Origin: a virus
Reading direction: 5' to 3' (one strand)
Length of the DNA stretch: 64,000 nucleotides
Virus record (IMG/VR): IMGVR_UViG_3300028578_000003
Location: 32,001 to 96,000 of that record
Part shown: positions 54,394 to 64,000 of the stretch, in pieces
How the letters are laid out: every line of letters begins with the position of its first letter
How positions within the stretch are numbered: position 1 is the stretch's first letter
The notes under the pieces: model-generated
Seen by the model: the letters and a program-made list of their open reading frames with translations, nothing else
Told to the model about the DNA's origin: nothing
Database searches by the model: none
Program-made: the position numbers and the translations under genes

Positions 54394-54490
54394 AGCTGTG
54401 ATCCTCACGTAATAGGAGTGACATCCACAGTCTATACGTGACTCCCGCATATCGCTATGGCCTATCGTGCCAGCCTCACCAGCAGACGCC

Positions 54491-54955
54491 CTACTCGGAC
54501 CGGACCCCCGCCATGCGCTTAATCACGGCGCTGATCAGCTCGTCTGCCTTCGACTCCTCGGCTTTGTCCAGGCCGTACCCGTCCCTCCATCCCGCGATCA
54601 GGCCGACCTGGTTCAGCGCCCTGTAGATGTCGTACTGCCAGCTCGAATCGCCGGTCATCCCGTACTTGGGATCGGCACGACCACACCAGAACGAGGTCAG
54701 CAGTTCCGTCAGGTAGTCACGGACGGTGCCGTAGCCGTCCACCGCTGCGGCCAACGCCCGGTCCAGGTCCTCGACGGTGGGCTCGCCTGCGCGGGCTTTC
54801 TCGTCGCGGTCCCGCTTCCACCCGGCGACGTAGCCGGCCAGCGTGCCGCCGTCGCGGATGTACCGCTCCAACGGCGTCAACACCCCCGACCCGGCCGGCT
54901 TCTCGGCGAGGTGATCGATGAGCGCCTCGCGCTCCGCGATATTCAGGTCGGTCAC
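54491..54955 (-). CDS. hypothetical protein
   Basis: SD GGAGGAG; TVRDYL..LL..FW...G.SSWQYDIY.AL. Confidence 0.7.
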   Translation of the reverse strand: MTDLNIAEREALIDHLAEKPAGSGVLTPLERYIRDGGTLAGYVAGWKRDRDEKARAGEPTVEDLDRALAAAVDGYGTVRDYLTELLTSFWCGRADPKYGMTGDSSWQYDIYRALNQVGLIAGWRDGYGLDKAEESKADELISAVIKRMAGVRSE

Positions 54956-55605
54956 GATGGCTCCTCCACTCGGATCTTCTTGACATACATCAGGCAGGAC
55001 ACGCAGGTCGCTGGCCCGCCGGCACCGCCGGACAGGTCGAGCGGCCGCGCGCGCCGCTCGGACTCGCGCAACGCCCGGCCCGCGCGGTGCCGCCGCGGCC
55101 GCCGCGCGGCGCCGGACACCACGTCGACCTTCGGGACGACGTGGCCGAGGTGGTGAGACTGCCCGTGCCGGGGGCGGGCGTGGCCGTTGCGGAGCACCTC
55201 CACTTCGACGGCGACGCCGGTCACGGCGGCTTCCCATTCCGCCCGGTCGGCGTCGTCGAGGGCCTTACGCGTGGCGTCGAGTTGCTCCCGGCGTTCAGCG
55301 GCCGCGGCCCGGGCCTCGAGCAGCCACTGCGGCAGCGGCGGATCCAGGTCCCGATCGTGGGCCAGCAGCAGCACATGCATCTGCAGCACGTTCGGTGGAT
55401 AGTCGTGGCCGAGCACCGCGACCTGCCAGTCCCAGCTACGCGGCAGCAGGGTCTGCCGGCGCAGTTTCGCCGGGTCGACGAACCCGCCGTCGGCGCGTAG
55501 CGAGGCCTCGGCGTCGGCGAGCAGCTGCTCGTACTCCGGGTACGTCGGCGCCGGCCGCTCCGGCAGCGGGAGCAGCCCGTCGACGAGCAACCTCTTCCGC
55601 TTCAC
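54952..55605 (-). CDS. hypothetical protein
   Basis: GTGA overlaps on both sides. Confidence 0.65.
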   Translation of the reverse strand: MKRKRLLVDGLLPLPERPAPTYPEYEQLLADAEASLRADGGFVDPAKLRRQTLLPRSWDWQVAVLGHDYPPNVLQMHVLLLAHDRDLDPPLPQWLLEARAAAAERREQLDATRKALDDADRAEWEAAVTGVAVEVEVLRNGHARPRHGQSHHLGHVVPKVDVVSGAARRPRRHRAGRALRESERRARPLDLSGGAGGPATCVSCLMYVKKIRVEEPS

Positions 55606-55973
55606 TGCGCACCTCCGATCGCGGGCTGCTCGCCGACCGCCAGTGCAGCGTCGGTGAGGCTGCCCCAATCCGGCTGCGGGCCGCCGTTACGCCATCTCCC
55701 GATCGCGTGGAACAGCCGGATGCTGTCCTCCGCCACCGGGATCTGGAACAGCTCGGCGAACCGCAGGTACGTCTCGCACGGCCACGGGCAGGGCTTGCCG
55801 CTTGAGTCCCGGCAGGTCTTGCACCGCGAGTCGAGCCGGTCCATATCCTTCAGCTCACGCGCGCCATGTAGCTCATCCAGCAACCGGATCGCGTCGATGA
55901 TCTGCTGGAGGCGGTTTGTCGCACCGTACGCGGTGACCGTGAGCAGGTTCTCCGGTGTCGGCTCAGCCGGCAT
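55602..55973 (-). CDS. hypothetical protein
   Basis: H...CKTC...WPCET motif. Confidence 0.65.
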   Translation of the reverse strand: MPAEPTPENLLTVTAYGATNRLQQIIDAIRLLDELHGARELKDMDRLDSRCKTCRDSSGKPCPWPCETYLRFAELFQIPVAEDSIRLFHAIGRWRNGGPQPDWGSLTDAALAVGEQPAIGGAQ

Positions 55974-57441
55974 ACGCGGCCTCCGCCACCTCGTCGTCGC
56001 CGTCTTCGGCGTCAGGATCAGGGTCACCGAACTCGGTGGCGGGGGCGGCCTGGCACGCGAGCTCCTCGACCGGGCTCAACGCGTACCCGTTCGCCTCGAG
56101 GAACCGCAGGTACCGTGCCGTGCCGTCGCGGCGGTAACGCCACGAGTTGGTGTCGGTCATCTCCTCGTACGCGCACAACACGATGCCGAGCGCGACCATC
56201 TGGGCGCGTGCCTCGCTGGTCGACGCGGTCACCAGGCTGTCCAGGCCGGTGCCCTCCTGCTCGCCCCGCCGCCAGCCCTTGGCCGGCTCGGGCAGGCCGA
56301 ACAGCAGGTGCGCGACCGTGTTGCCCTTCTCCCGGGCCGAGCTGATCTGGTAGTCGTCCGACGAAGCCAGGCACGAGGCCAGGAACGCCGCAGCGCCCTT
56401 CGGCGCGGCCTTACGGGTCAGGAACGCGCGCAGCCAGTCCCGGCGAACCTTCTCGCCGGTGCGCCACGCCGCGTTGTTCTCCCGCACCTCACGGCGCTCC
56501 TGCTTGGCTTTCTCCGCGTCCTCGGCCTTGCGGGCGCCGGCGCTGTCGCTGCCCCACCGGTCACGGTGCCCGTTGGCCTTCGGGTCGACGCAGATGTCCA
56601 CCGCGTCCCAGCCGTTGCCGGAACGCTTCTCGGTCAGGTAGACGGCCCGGCCGGGGCACTTGCGGTGCTTGGCCTTGGTCAGCTGCTCGCCGCTGGCGAC
56701 GTCGATGAGGTTGTCCAGCGACTGCCGCCACATGGCCCCGGTGTACTCGACGACCGTGACGCCTTTGCTTTCCAGCTTGGCCAGCAGGTCGGCTTTCGCC
56801 CGCGCCGACTCGCGGTTATCGCGGGCCCGGCTCAGCACGTAGTCGAAGTTGACGCCCCGCCCGGCGGCCGCCACCAACGCCTTGACCGTCTCTTTGTCGT
56901 CGTCGAACTCGGCGACCGCTGCGCCCTGCGCGAGGGTCAGGAACGCGTACCTGTTGACGACCGCTTTCGCGGACTTGCTGGCGGCGACGGCCAGAGCGGC
57001 GTCGACGTCGGCACGGGGCCGAGCGGTCCGCCGGGCGATCTCGCCGGCCGGCACCCCGAGCAGGGTCAGCTGGTCGTAAGCGTGGACACGGTCGGCGGGC
57101 GTGACCGCCTCGCGGTGGTCGTTCTCGACGAGCTGGTCGACCAGCCGGTCGACGTCCTCCGGTGCGCTCATCACCCGGACCGGTACCGTCGCACGCTCAG
57201 CGGCGATCGCGCCCAGCGTCCGCCTATGTCCAATCAGGACCTCCAGGTCGCCTCCGTTGTCGAACGCGACGATGGGCTGCAGCACGCCGCGTTCGCGGAT
57301 GCTTTCGACGAACTCGGCGTCAACCTTGGTGTCTATACGGACGTTCCGCTTGAGGATCAGCGCGCGGGGGTCGACGTCGACGTAGTAGCTTTCCGGCTCC
57401 CCGGCAGGGATCCGGTCTTCGGCGATAGCGGGCGCGTTCAA
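55963..57441 (-). CDS. parB: ParB/RepB/Spo0J-family protein
   Basis: NVR, SIRERGVLQPI, GHRR, QLVENDHR, then an HTH; TTG start after AGAGGAG. Confidence 0.82.
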   Translation of the reverse strand: MNAPAIAEDRIPAGEPESYYVDVDPRALILKRNVRIDTKVDAEFVESIRERGVLQPIVAFDNGGDLEVLIGHRRTLGAIAAERATVPVRVMSAPEDVDRLVDQLVENDHREAVTPADRVHAYDQLTLLGVPAGEIARRTARPRADVDAALAVAASKSAKAVVNRYAFLTLAQGAAVAEFDDDKETVKALVAAAGRGVNFDYVLSRARDNRESARAKADLLAKLESKGVTVVEYTGAMWRQSLDNLIDVASGEQLTKAKHRKCPGRAVYLTEKRSGNGWDAVDICVDPKANGHRDRWGSDSAGARKAEDAEKAKQERREVRENNAAWRTGEKVRRDWLRAFLTRKAAPKGAAAFLASCLASSDDYQISSAREKGNTVAHLLFGLPEPAKGWRRGEQEGTGLDSLVTASTSEARAQMVALGIVLCAYEEMTDTNSWRYRRDGTARYLRFLEANGYALSPVEELACQAAPATEFGDPDPDAEDGDDEVAEAAYAG

Positions 57442-57496
57442 AATGGCTCCTCTTGTCCGGGTCTCTAGTTCCACTTCCGCAGGTGGGAGTGCCTTT

Positions 57497-57976
57497 CTAG
57501 AAGGCTTGGGGCGGGCTGAACGGGCCGGTGGTGACGAGCCTCTGGTGCGCGGCCAGGGTGGCGCGGCCTTCGTCGGTGAGCTCGTACGTTCCCGCCGTGG
57601 TGCCGTCGGGCAGCAGTTGGATCAGGCCGATCTCGGCGCAGATGCTGGCGAGCCGGGTACACCGCTGCCAGGTGCGCCGGTTCATGGCGTACCGGCTGCT
57701 GCGCTGTTCGACGCGGTAGACCCGCCCGGCCTCGACCTCGCGGAGGAAGAGGATGTCTGCGGGGTCGGCCGGCAGGTAGCGGGCGTCCCGCGTCGGGTGC
57801 TTGGCCATCACCGTGCGGTCACCGCGGAACCGGATGAGCAGGTTGTCGGCCTCGGCGCCGACGATGGCCCCGGCCCGGCGTTTGATTTCGATGTGGATCA
57901 GGCCGGCGGCCGGCACGGCGAACTGTTCCCGGATGTGCGCCAGCCCGTCACCGGGCAGGCTGGTCGACTCAGGCAC
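57497..57976 (-). CDS. hypothetical protein
   Basis: C-terminal winged-helix-like YELTDEGR. Confidence 0.6.
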   Translation of the reverse strand: MPESTSLPGDGLAHIREQFAVPAAGLIHIEIKRRAGAIVGAEADNLLIRFRGDRTVMAKHPTRDARYLPADPADILFLREVEAGRVYRVEQRSSRYAMNRRTWQRCTRLASICAEIGLIQLLPDGTTAGTYELTDEGRATLAAHQRLVTTGPFSPPQAF

Positions 57977-59120
57977 TGGGCACCAACTCCCCCGGCGTGG
58001 CTTCGACGATCCGGCCGTCGACGGACGGCCACTGCTGCCATGGGCGCCCGTCCAGTTCGTACCCGGCGCTCTTGCCCGGGAAGAACCGCATCGGCGCGTG
58101 CGGCTCGTTGTCGGCGAGTGCTTTCCGTTCCGTCGACCACGGCTTGCCGGTGGCCTCGGTGATCATCCATTCGTACCGGTGGGCCCACACCGGGTAAGCG
58201 TGCGTGGCGCCGACCTTCTCCGCCGCGAGCTTCGCCGCGGCGAGCTCCTCGTCGGTGCCCTGCCAGCCGGTGGCCGGGTCGCACAGCGGGACCTGCCATG
58301 GAGCGGGGGCCCAGTTCCCCCACTGCTTGAAGAAGAACGCGATGCCGGCGGCGCTCGCCTGGTCGCGCAGGTCGCGGGCCCACTGCGGGTGCATCGGTCG
58401 GACGTCGTCGCGGCGGCCGGACTCACCGCCGACAATGACCCAGTCGAGGTGGACGTCAGACCGCTCGGGGTCGGCGGTGAGGACGCCCCTCACTGTCCGG
58501 ATGATCCGGCCGTCGAGAGCGTTCATGAAGCGGCCATTGCCGAGCGGGATGCTGTCGAGCCGGACCGGGCCGAGCAGTGGCTCGCACGAGGCGATCCGGA
58601 TCGCGGCCGGGGTACGGAACAGCCAGGGTAGCCGGATCTGCGCGTACCGCTGGTTCTCCACGCTGGCGCCGAGCCAGACGTTTGGCAGAATGCCGTACTT
58701 GGCGACCATGGCGGTGACGATGTCGTGCATCCGCTTGGCCAGCTTGGAGAAGATCACGTAGATGTGCTGTGGGGTGGCGGCCATCATCTGCCACACCTTG
58801 TCGATGAACTCGCGGCTGACCTGCGGGTCGAACAGTTCCATCAACGCGTTCACGAAGATCATGTGTGGGGTCTTGGTCCGGAGCGGGCGCTCCAGCCGCT
58901 CCGGGAACGTGATGACCTTCCCGGTCCACACGGTCCGGCCGGCGTCGTCCTTGGCGACGATGCCGCCGCGGCCCTCGTAGTGGGCCTGCCGGATCGCCGA
59001 CCGTGGCGCGAAGCACGACCGGCAGCCGGTCGAGCGGGGCGTGCAGCCGATGCCGGGGTTCAGCGTCCACGGTCGGTAGCCGGGCTGGTCCAGCCAGCCG
59101 ATGAGCGACCCCTCAGCCAC
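57969..59120 (-). CDS. DUF5131 (phage Gp37/Gp68) family protein
   Basis: NP..GC...S.GC..C.A, FVN..ELF, NVWLGASVENQ, SCEPLLG, DWVIVGGESG, FFFKQWG, LDG..W.Q.P. Confidence 0.9.
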   Translation of the reverse strand: MAEGSLIGWLDQPGYRPWTLNPGIGCTPRSTGCRSCFAPRSAIRQAHYEGRGGIVAKDDAGRTVWTGKVITFPERLERPLRTKTPHMIFVNALMELFDPQVSREFIDKVWQMMAATPQHIYVIFSKLAKRMHDIVTAMVAKYGILPNVWLGASVENQRYAQIRLPWLFRTPAAIRIASCEPLLGPVRLDSIPLGNGRFMNALDGRIIRTVRGVLTADPERSDVHLDWVIVGGESGRRDDVRPMHPQWARDLRDQASAAGIAFFFKQWGNWAPAPWQVPLCDPATGWQGTDEELAAAKLAAEKVGATHAYPVWAHRYEWMITEATGKPWSTERKALADNEPHAPMRFFPGKSAGYELDGRPWQQWPSVDGRIVEATPGELVPSA

Positions 59121-59499
59121 GAGGCACCGCCTCGAACGGTTCGAGCAGGGGCCACACCAGGTCGGGGCGATTGATGTCGAGGGCGGCGATCGCGTCCGCC
59201 AGCTTGGCGCGCGGGAGAAGCCCGAGTTCCTCGTAGACGAGGGCCTCGTGATCCCAGGCGCCGAAGAAGCAGAACCCGCCGCCGGCGGCTGAGGTGCCGG
59301 TGGCGTCGGCCCGGTCGAGGCGACCACGCGGGTCGGTGACCGCGTTGTGCTCGGCGCCGGGGAACCGGCGCTCAAATTCCTCGGTCAGCCGTGCCAGGAT
59401 CTTTTCGCGGGTGCCCCACGCCTCGGGGCGATCCCACTCGGTGGACCAGATGACGTACAGGTCCACGTCACGGTCGGCCTTGATCACGACGTCAGCCAC
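59113..59499 (-). CDS. hypothetical protein
   Basis: RL.RAD.TGTS motif; coupled overlaps. Confidence 0.7.
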   Translation of the reverse strand: MADVVIKADRDVDLYVIWSTEWDRPEAWGTREKILARLTEEFERRFPGAEHNAVTDPRGRLDRADATGTSAAGGGFCFFGAWDHEALVYEELGLLPRAKLADAIAALDINRPDLVWPLLEPFEAVPRG

Positions 59500-59908
59500 G
59501 GTCGGCCGCCTCGGGCATCTCCCAGACGTGGCGGACGGGATTCCAGCGGCCGGCGCGGGCGACCCGGTGCAGGTCCGGCTGGGCGCCGGGGTCGCCGGGC
59601 TGGCAGGGGATCCAGCCGGTCAGCGGCGCGTCGGCGTCGGTCGCCTGGCGCACGAACAGCCCGTGCGCGGCGGCCTCGGCGGTGCCACGGGCCCGGCCGG
59701 TCCACAGGTCCTCGCCGCAGTCGTGTCCGTCGTCGTTGCCGATCGGGTGCCCGGCGACGTGCCAGTCGTCGGCGTGCGTGATGCGCTGCTGACCGGTCGC
59801 GAGGCAGACCGCCGTTAGGCAGTCGATCCGGTGTTTGGTGCCGATCGGCACCTCGCAGCCGGGGTCGGGGCACTGGTCAGCGATCGCCAGCTGGGGCAGG
59901 TCAGGCAT
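59492..59908 (-). CDS. Cys-rich hypothetical protein
   Basis: CPD.GC....G..H...C....C...G.Q; SD AGGAG. Confidence 0.7.
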   Translation of the reverse strand: MPDLPQLAIADQCPDPGCEVPIGTKHRIDCLTAVCLATGQQRITHADDWHVAGHPIGNDDGHDCGEDLWTGRARGTAEAAAHGLFVRQATDADAPLTGWIPCQPGDPGAQPDLHRVARAGRWNPVRHVWEMPEAADRG

Positions 59909-60255
59909 TCGAGGGCTCCTGCTGGTCGAAGGGGATTCCACCCGCCCAGGCTACACCGACCCCCGGAAAATACACAGCACCGTGACGGAGATTTTCCGCC
60001 CCCCTGGTGGCAGGTCGGGTTTGACCAGACGCGCCCGATTAGCTGCGAGGGTTCCGATTGCACCGGAAACGCGCCCGTTGCGCGGGTAGCATCGCTGGTC
60101 AAGGAAGTGTGGATCAGTCCGACCACCTGCCGTGCGCTCCCCACGCCGCACACCGAGCTCAACCAGCTCGACGGCCCCTGGGCGCACAACACACGCTTTG
60201 CTCTGTTCCGGGGGGAATGCGGCGGCGGCGCAGGACCGGGCAGGGTGCGGAGGCC

Positions 60256-60468
60256 ATGCACAACCGCCCCAGTCCTACGCCGCCGCCGCGCACCGCAGCT
60301 AAGCCGGTAGCCGCGGCGCCGAGGGATCAGCCGACCGTAGTCGGTCCTCCCCCCCGCTCGCCGACCTTCACCGTCGGCGATCGGAAGATCTATGTGCACG
60401 CCGGCAGGGGGCCGGACGAGGGCGCGGGATTCCGCACAACGGCACGATACCCCGCGACACGGCAGTAA
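60256..60468 (+). CDS. small hypothetical protein
   Basis: SD GGAGG before ATG 60256. Confidence 0.4.
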   Translation: MHNRPSPTPPPRTAAKPVAAAPRDQPTVVGPPPRSPTFTVGDRKIYVHAGRGPDEGAGFRTTARYPATRQ

Positions 60469-60523
60469 GGGCGAAACCGGACACTTCCGGATGTCATCCT
60501 CACCTCATTCGGGCGACCGTGCC

Positions 60524-61387
60524 TCAGAAGACCCGGGCGGCCACCTCGTTGACGCCAGCGGCGACCTGCGGCCACCGGAAGTGCGCCATACCGGCGAGCG
60601 CGATCAGGCACCCGGCCAGCGAGCAGAACCTGATCAGGCCTTCCGGGTTGCCGGCCGCGCCGGTCTCGAATCGGCACCACCGCGCTGACTTGAAGGTGCG
60701 CCACCGCTTCCCGCCGATCTTGACCGGGAACGCTAGCGGCACGCCAGTGTTGGTCATCCGGTCGCCGAGGTTGTGGACCAGCGCGCCGCCGCCGATCGCC
60801 CAGCCGAGCCACCAGCCCGACGGTGCCGGCCACTTCAATTCGACCAGCCATGTCAGCTCGGCCAGGACGGCGGGGTTCACCTCTCCGGGAAGCAGGCCGA
60901 TCACGGGGCCGACGCCGGTGGTCAGTAGCGCGACGATCGCGGCGATCACGAACCGGCGACGTCGTCGAACCTTCAGTGCCCGCAACGCGGTCGCCGTAGC
61001 GAACGCGATCATCGCGGTGGGCGCCCAGACGCCACCGTACTGGCCGAGCACGCCGAACCCGACGAAGGACAGCACGCAGAACAGCACGGTGTGGGTGATC
61101 GTCCTATGGCCGTCGAGGTCGACGCGGTCCAGTGGGGTGCGGGTGGCGGCGTGCAGCCGCCGGCCGGCCCAGGCGACCAGGTCGGCGAGCCGGCGGGTGG
61201 GCCAGCCCAGCGACCGGGCGATGCTGGCGCTGGGGTGGTCGATGTCCGGCCAGATCGCCCCGAACGCGGCCAGCGGCGTGCCGACCACCACCTGGTAGAC
61301 ACCCGGGTCGTGACCGAACGCGGCCGCGGTGGCGCACCCGGCGAGCCAGGCCACGGCGCCGGTCGCCGCATGCGTCGCGCCCATCAC
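60524..61387 (-). CDS. YdjM-like membrane metal-dependent hydrolase
   Basis: G.THA..G, PDIDHP.A, HRTITH, H.LGD.MT..GVP..FP. Confidence 0.85.
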   Translation of the reverse strand: MMGATHAATGAVAWLAGCATAAAFGHDPGVYQVVVGTPLAAFGAIWPDIDHPSASIARSLGWPTRRLADLVAWAGRRLHAATRTPLDRVDLDGHRTITHTVLFCVLSFVGFGVLGQYGGVWAPTAMIAFATATALRALKVRRRRRFVIAAIVALLTTGVGPVIGLLPGEVNPAVLAELTWLVELKWPAPSGWWLGWAIGGGALVHNLGDRMTNTGVPLAFPVKIGGKRWRTFKSARWCRFETGAAGNPEGLIRFCSLAGCLIALAGMAHFRWPQVAAGVNEVAARVF

Positions 61388-63303
61388 GAGCGGTCACCGA
61401 CCAGCCTGCCGGCGAGCGCTTCCCGGCTGGGTCGAGACGGCGGCGCCTCGAGTTGGGCCAGCGCCAGGTCGGCTTCGATGTCGGCGGCGTGCGCGCGGCT
61501 GCGTTCCGCGACCAAGGGGTCGGTTTGCTGCCACGTGCCGGCGGAGATGAGCTCGCCGCTGCCGGGCACCGGGTCCGGCATCGCGGCCTTGCGGGGGTCG
61601 ATGCCGTGGCTGCGCAGCAGCGCCTCGGCCATCTGCCGCACGCGTTTGGCGGCTTCGTCGGCGGAAGGCATGACGATGTCCGCGTCCGGGTCGGTGATCG
61701 GTTCGGCGATCCGCCGTTTCAGTTCGATGAGGTCGGCCATCGGCGGGTCGGATCCGCCGTTGGACATTGGGAAGAAGATCGACACGGGTTTCTTCTGACC
61801 CGGCCGGAAGATCCGGCCGCCGATCTGCTTGTGCCGGGCCGGCGACCAGCCCCACTCTCCGTAGACCATCGTGTTGCAGACCTCCTGCAACCCGTTCAGC
61901 CCGGACCCGGACTGCAATGCCAGCACGAACACCCGCGAGTCGCCGCGGGTGAACCGGTGTTTGGTCTCCGCTTTCTGCTTCTTGGACTGCTCGCCGGTGT
62001 AGAAGACCGGGTTGTACTCGGCCAGCTCGCGGCGCCAGATGTCGTAGACCTCGTGGTGGTGGCCGACCAGGACGACCTTCTCAGTGCCCTGCAGCAGGAT
62101 CTGCGTGAACCGCGCGACGTGCGGGGCCTTGGCCACCCCGGTGGCCTTGCGGATCTTCATGTCCAGTTGGCCGGACAGGCTCCACCGCTCCATGCGGTCG
62201 CCGTCGCCGACCACCTTCATGGCCATCGCGAGGATCGCGTCCATCTCCCGTTTGAGCACGTCGTGGTCGGTCTCAATCGGGTAGATCATCTGGGACAGTG
62301 GCGGCAGCTCGATGCCGACGTCTTCGAGCGTGCGGCGCAGCATGATGCCCTCTTCGCGCAGGAACTGACCGAGCGCGCGCGGGTCGGTGACCTTCTTACC
62401 GCCCCAGGTGTGGCGGAACTCGTCCTTGGTGCCCAGGGCGCCTTCGCTGAGCAGGTCGACCAGGTTCCACAACTCGTCGCCGTAGTTGTGCACGGGCGTG
62501 CCGGTGGCCAGGATCCGGTATTTTGCCGATCGGGCGACGTGCAGCGCGGCCTCGTGCTTGTGGGTGCCCTCGCCGGTGCGCAGCTCGTCGCCTTCGTCGA
62601 AGATCACGGTGCGGCGGGTGCCAGCCAGTTCGTCGGCCCAGCCGGTGAGCATGCCGTAGGTGGAGACCAGGACGTGTGGTTCCTGCCCGCGGCAGGAGCG
62701 GTGCTCGGCCACCGTGTAGGGGGCGCGCTGGCGCAGGATGTGGGTTCGGATCCACGGGAAGTACTTCGGCAGCTCCTCGTACGCCCACTGGTCGACCAGG
62801 TGGGTGGGTGCGACCACCAGGGCGGGCAACGCTTCCGGGTCGGTGAAGATGAGGCTTGTGGAGAGCGTTTTTCCCGCCCCGAGGTCGTCGCCGAGGATCA
62901 GGAAGCCGCGGGCCCGGACCATCGCCGGTACGACGAGCTGGTATTTGCGGGGTGTGATCGCCAGTTCCTGCTCGCCGACCAGTTCGGGGACCTGCCCGCC
63001 GAAGATCTGGTCCAAGGCCTGCTCGCCGTCGACGTGTCCGCCGGCGAGCTCGAGCAGGCGGGTGCGGGAGTCGTCGTCTATAGGGTGCAGCGGATACCGG
63101 TCGAGGAACCATTTCAGGTCGCGGGCGTTCGCCAGCGTCGCCGAGATGACCAGCTGACTGGTGTCGTCGGGGTTTTGCCGGTGGCCGGGAAACAGTCGCT
63201 TGAAGACCTGCCGTACGTGCGGCACCGCCGCCACCATGAACACGGGGGTCTTGCGGTTGTGGAACTTCTCGACGTAGGCGTACCCGCCGTACTCGCGGGC
63301 CAT
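61384..63303 (-). CDS. SNF2-family helicase/ATPase
   Basis: GDDLGAGKT, LVVAP, DEGD, TGTP..N, GLNGLQ, WSP..H.Q..GR..R.GQ. Confidence 0.85.
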   Translation of the reverse strand: MAREYGGYAYVEKFHNRKTPVFMVAAVPHVRQVFKRLFPGHRQNPDDTSQLVISATLANARDLKWFLDRYPLHPIDDDSRTRLLELAGGHVDGEQALDQIFGGQVPELVGEQELAITPRKYQLVVPAMVRARGFLILGDDLGAGKTLSTSLIFTDPEALPALVVAPTHLVDQWAYEELPKYFPWIRTHILRQRAPYTVAEHRSCRGQEPHVLVSTYGMLTGWADELAGTRRTVIFDEGDELRTGEGTHKHEAALHVARSAKYRILATGTPVHNYGDELWNLVDLLSEGALGTKDEFRHTWGGKKVTDPRALGQFLREEGIMLRRTLEDVGIELPPLSQMIYPIETDHDVLKREMDAILAMAMKVVGDGDRMERWSLSGQLDMKIRKATGVAKAPHVARFTQILLQGTEKVVLVGHHHEVYDIWRRELAEYNPVFYTGEQSKKQKAETKHRFTRGDSRVFVLALQSGSGLNGLQEVCNTMVYGEWGWSPARHKQIGGRIFRPGQKKPVSIFFPMSNGGSDPPMADLIELKRRIAEPITDPDADIVMPSADEAAKRVRQMAEALLRSHGIDPRKAAMPDPVPGSGELISAGTWQQTDPLVAERSRAHAADIEADLALAQLEAPPSRPSREALAGRLVGDRS

Positions 63304-63743
63304 CAGAACGAACCCCGGCGCAGCAGCACCAGCTCGAACGGTTTGCCGGCCAGCATTCGGCGCGCGCCGGCGCGGTGGCCGGGCGGGCAGTCCTCGGTGT
63401 GGGGGCTGATCTCGAACATGTGCTTGTACATGGTGGTGACGAGCAGCAGCGCGTCGATCTCGTCGTGTTCGGTGTAGCGGGTCAGCTGCCGGCGGACCGT
63501 GTGGGCTGGCCCCTGCACCTTGATCTCGATGCCGACCCGGATCGCGGGCCCGTCGGTGCGGGGCAGTTCGGTGGCCAGGTCGATGCGGTCTCGTTCGCTG
63601 AGCCGGACCTGTCGCCGCACGGTCAGGCCCATCTTGGTAAGGACCTCGTCGATGCCTCTCTCAAGCTCGGTCTCGTTGGCGTGCCTATATTCCTTATCGC
63701 GTAACGCGTTCCTCACGTCACGGACGGTGATCTCGTCGTCCAT
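63303..63743 (-). CDS. PD-(D/E)XK-like nuclease
   Basis: E..L...I, RQV, RIDL, IEIK, RQL.RY. Confidence 0.7.
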   Translation of the reverse strand: MDDEITVRDVRNALRDKEYRHANETELERGIDEVLTKMGLTVRRQVRLSERDRIDLATELPRTDGPAIRVGIEIKVQGPAHTVRRQLTRYTEHDEIDALLLVTTMYKHMFEISPHTEDCPPGHRAGARRMLAGKPFELVLLRRGSF

Positions 63744-63839
63744 GCGGTGGCCTCCCGTGGTGCGGACGATCAGACGGAAAGGGCGGGAGCACGGCAGGCG
63801 GCGGGCCCGGGGTCGGCCGGGCCCGCCGCCTGCGACGGT

Positions 63840-64000
63840 TCAGGGCTTGCTTCGGGATCGCTCCAGCCGGGCGATCCCGGCCGGGGTGATCTTCAACAGT
63901 TGGTGCCCATCATCGTCGGGCTCCCCGACAATCTCGGCATATCCGTCCTCAACGGCGGCGGCCAGGCGCAAGTACATCTGCACCTGCGCGGCGGCGTCAT
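63840..64000 (-). CDS. partial hypothetical protein (5' end outside window)
   Basis: Open frame ending ...LKITPAGIARLERSRSKP*, followed by a GC hairpin at about 63793-63833. Confidence 0.55.
   Translation of the reverse strand, partial: DAAAQVQMYLRLAAAVEDGYAEIVGEPDDDGHQLLKITPAGIARLERSRSKP

Overview
Very high-GC actinobacterial sequence that reads as one large siphovirus-type phage, prophage or phage-plasmid; no host housekeeping genes, integrase, tRNA or CRISPR array were seen. Layout: (i) 1-9172 is a leftward early-type operon ending in a DarB-like DNA methyltransferase/SNF2-helicase that runs off the window. (ii) 9173-11130 is a ~2 kb non-coding control region with tandem TTGACA promoters, a repeated 14-bp operator, a CRP-type site and a ~1.4 kb hairpin-rich leader. 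(iii) 11.1-52 kb is the rightward packaging, head, head-appendage, tail and membrane-lysis arm. (iv) 52-64 kb is a leftward arm with endolysin, ParB-like, DUF5131, YdjM-like hydrolase, SNF2 helicase and a PD-(D/E)XK nuclease. Most striking: the terminase large-subunit Walker A is split by an exactly 50-nt GC hairpin flanked by matching GGC codons, a candidate programmed translational bypass. Also notable is a candidate RNA-based control system in the early leader: seven hairpins with varied stems but one shared UCUGA apex, two rrn boxA-like motifs, and repeated long intergenic hairpins. Protein calls rest on motif recognition and synteny, not database searches.
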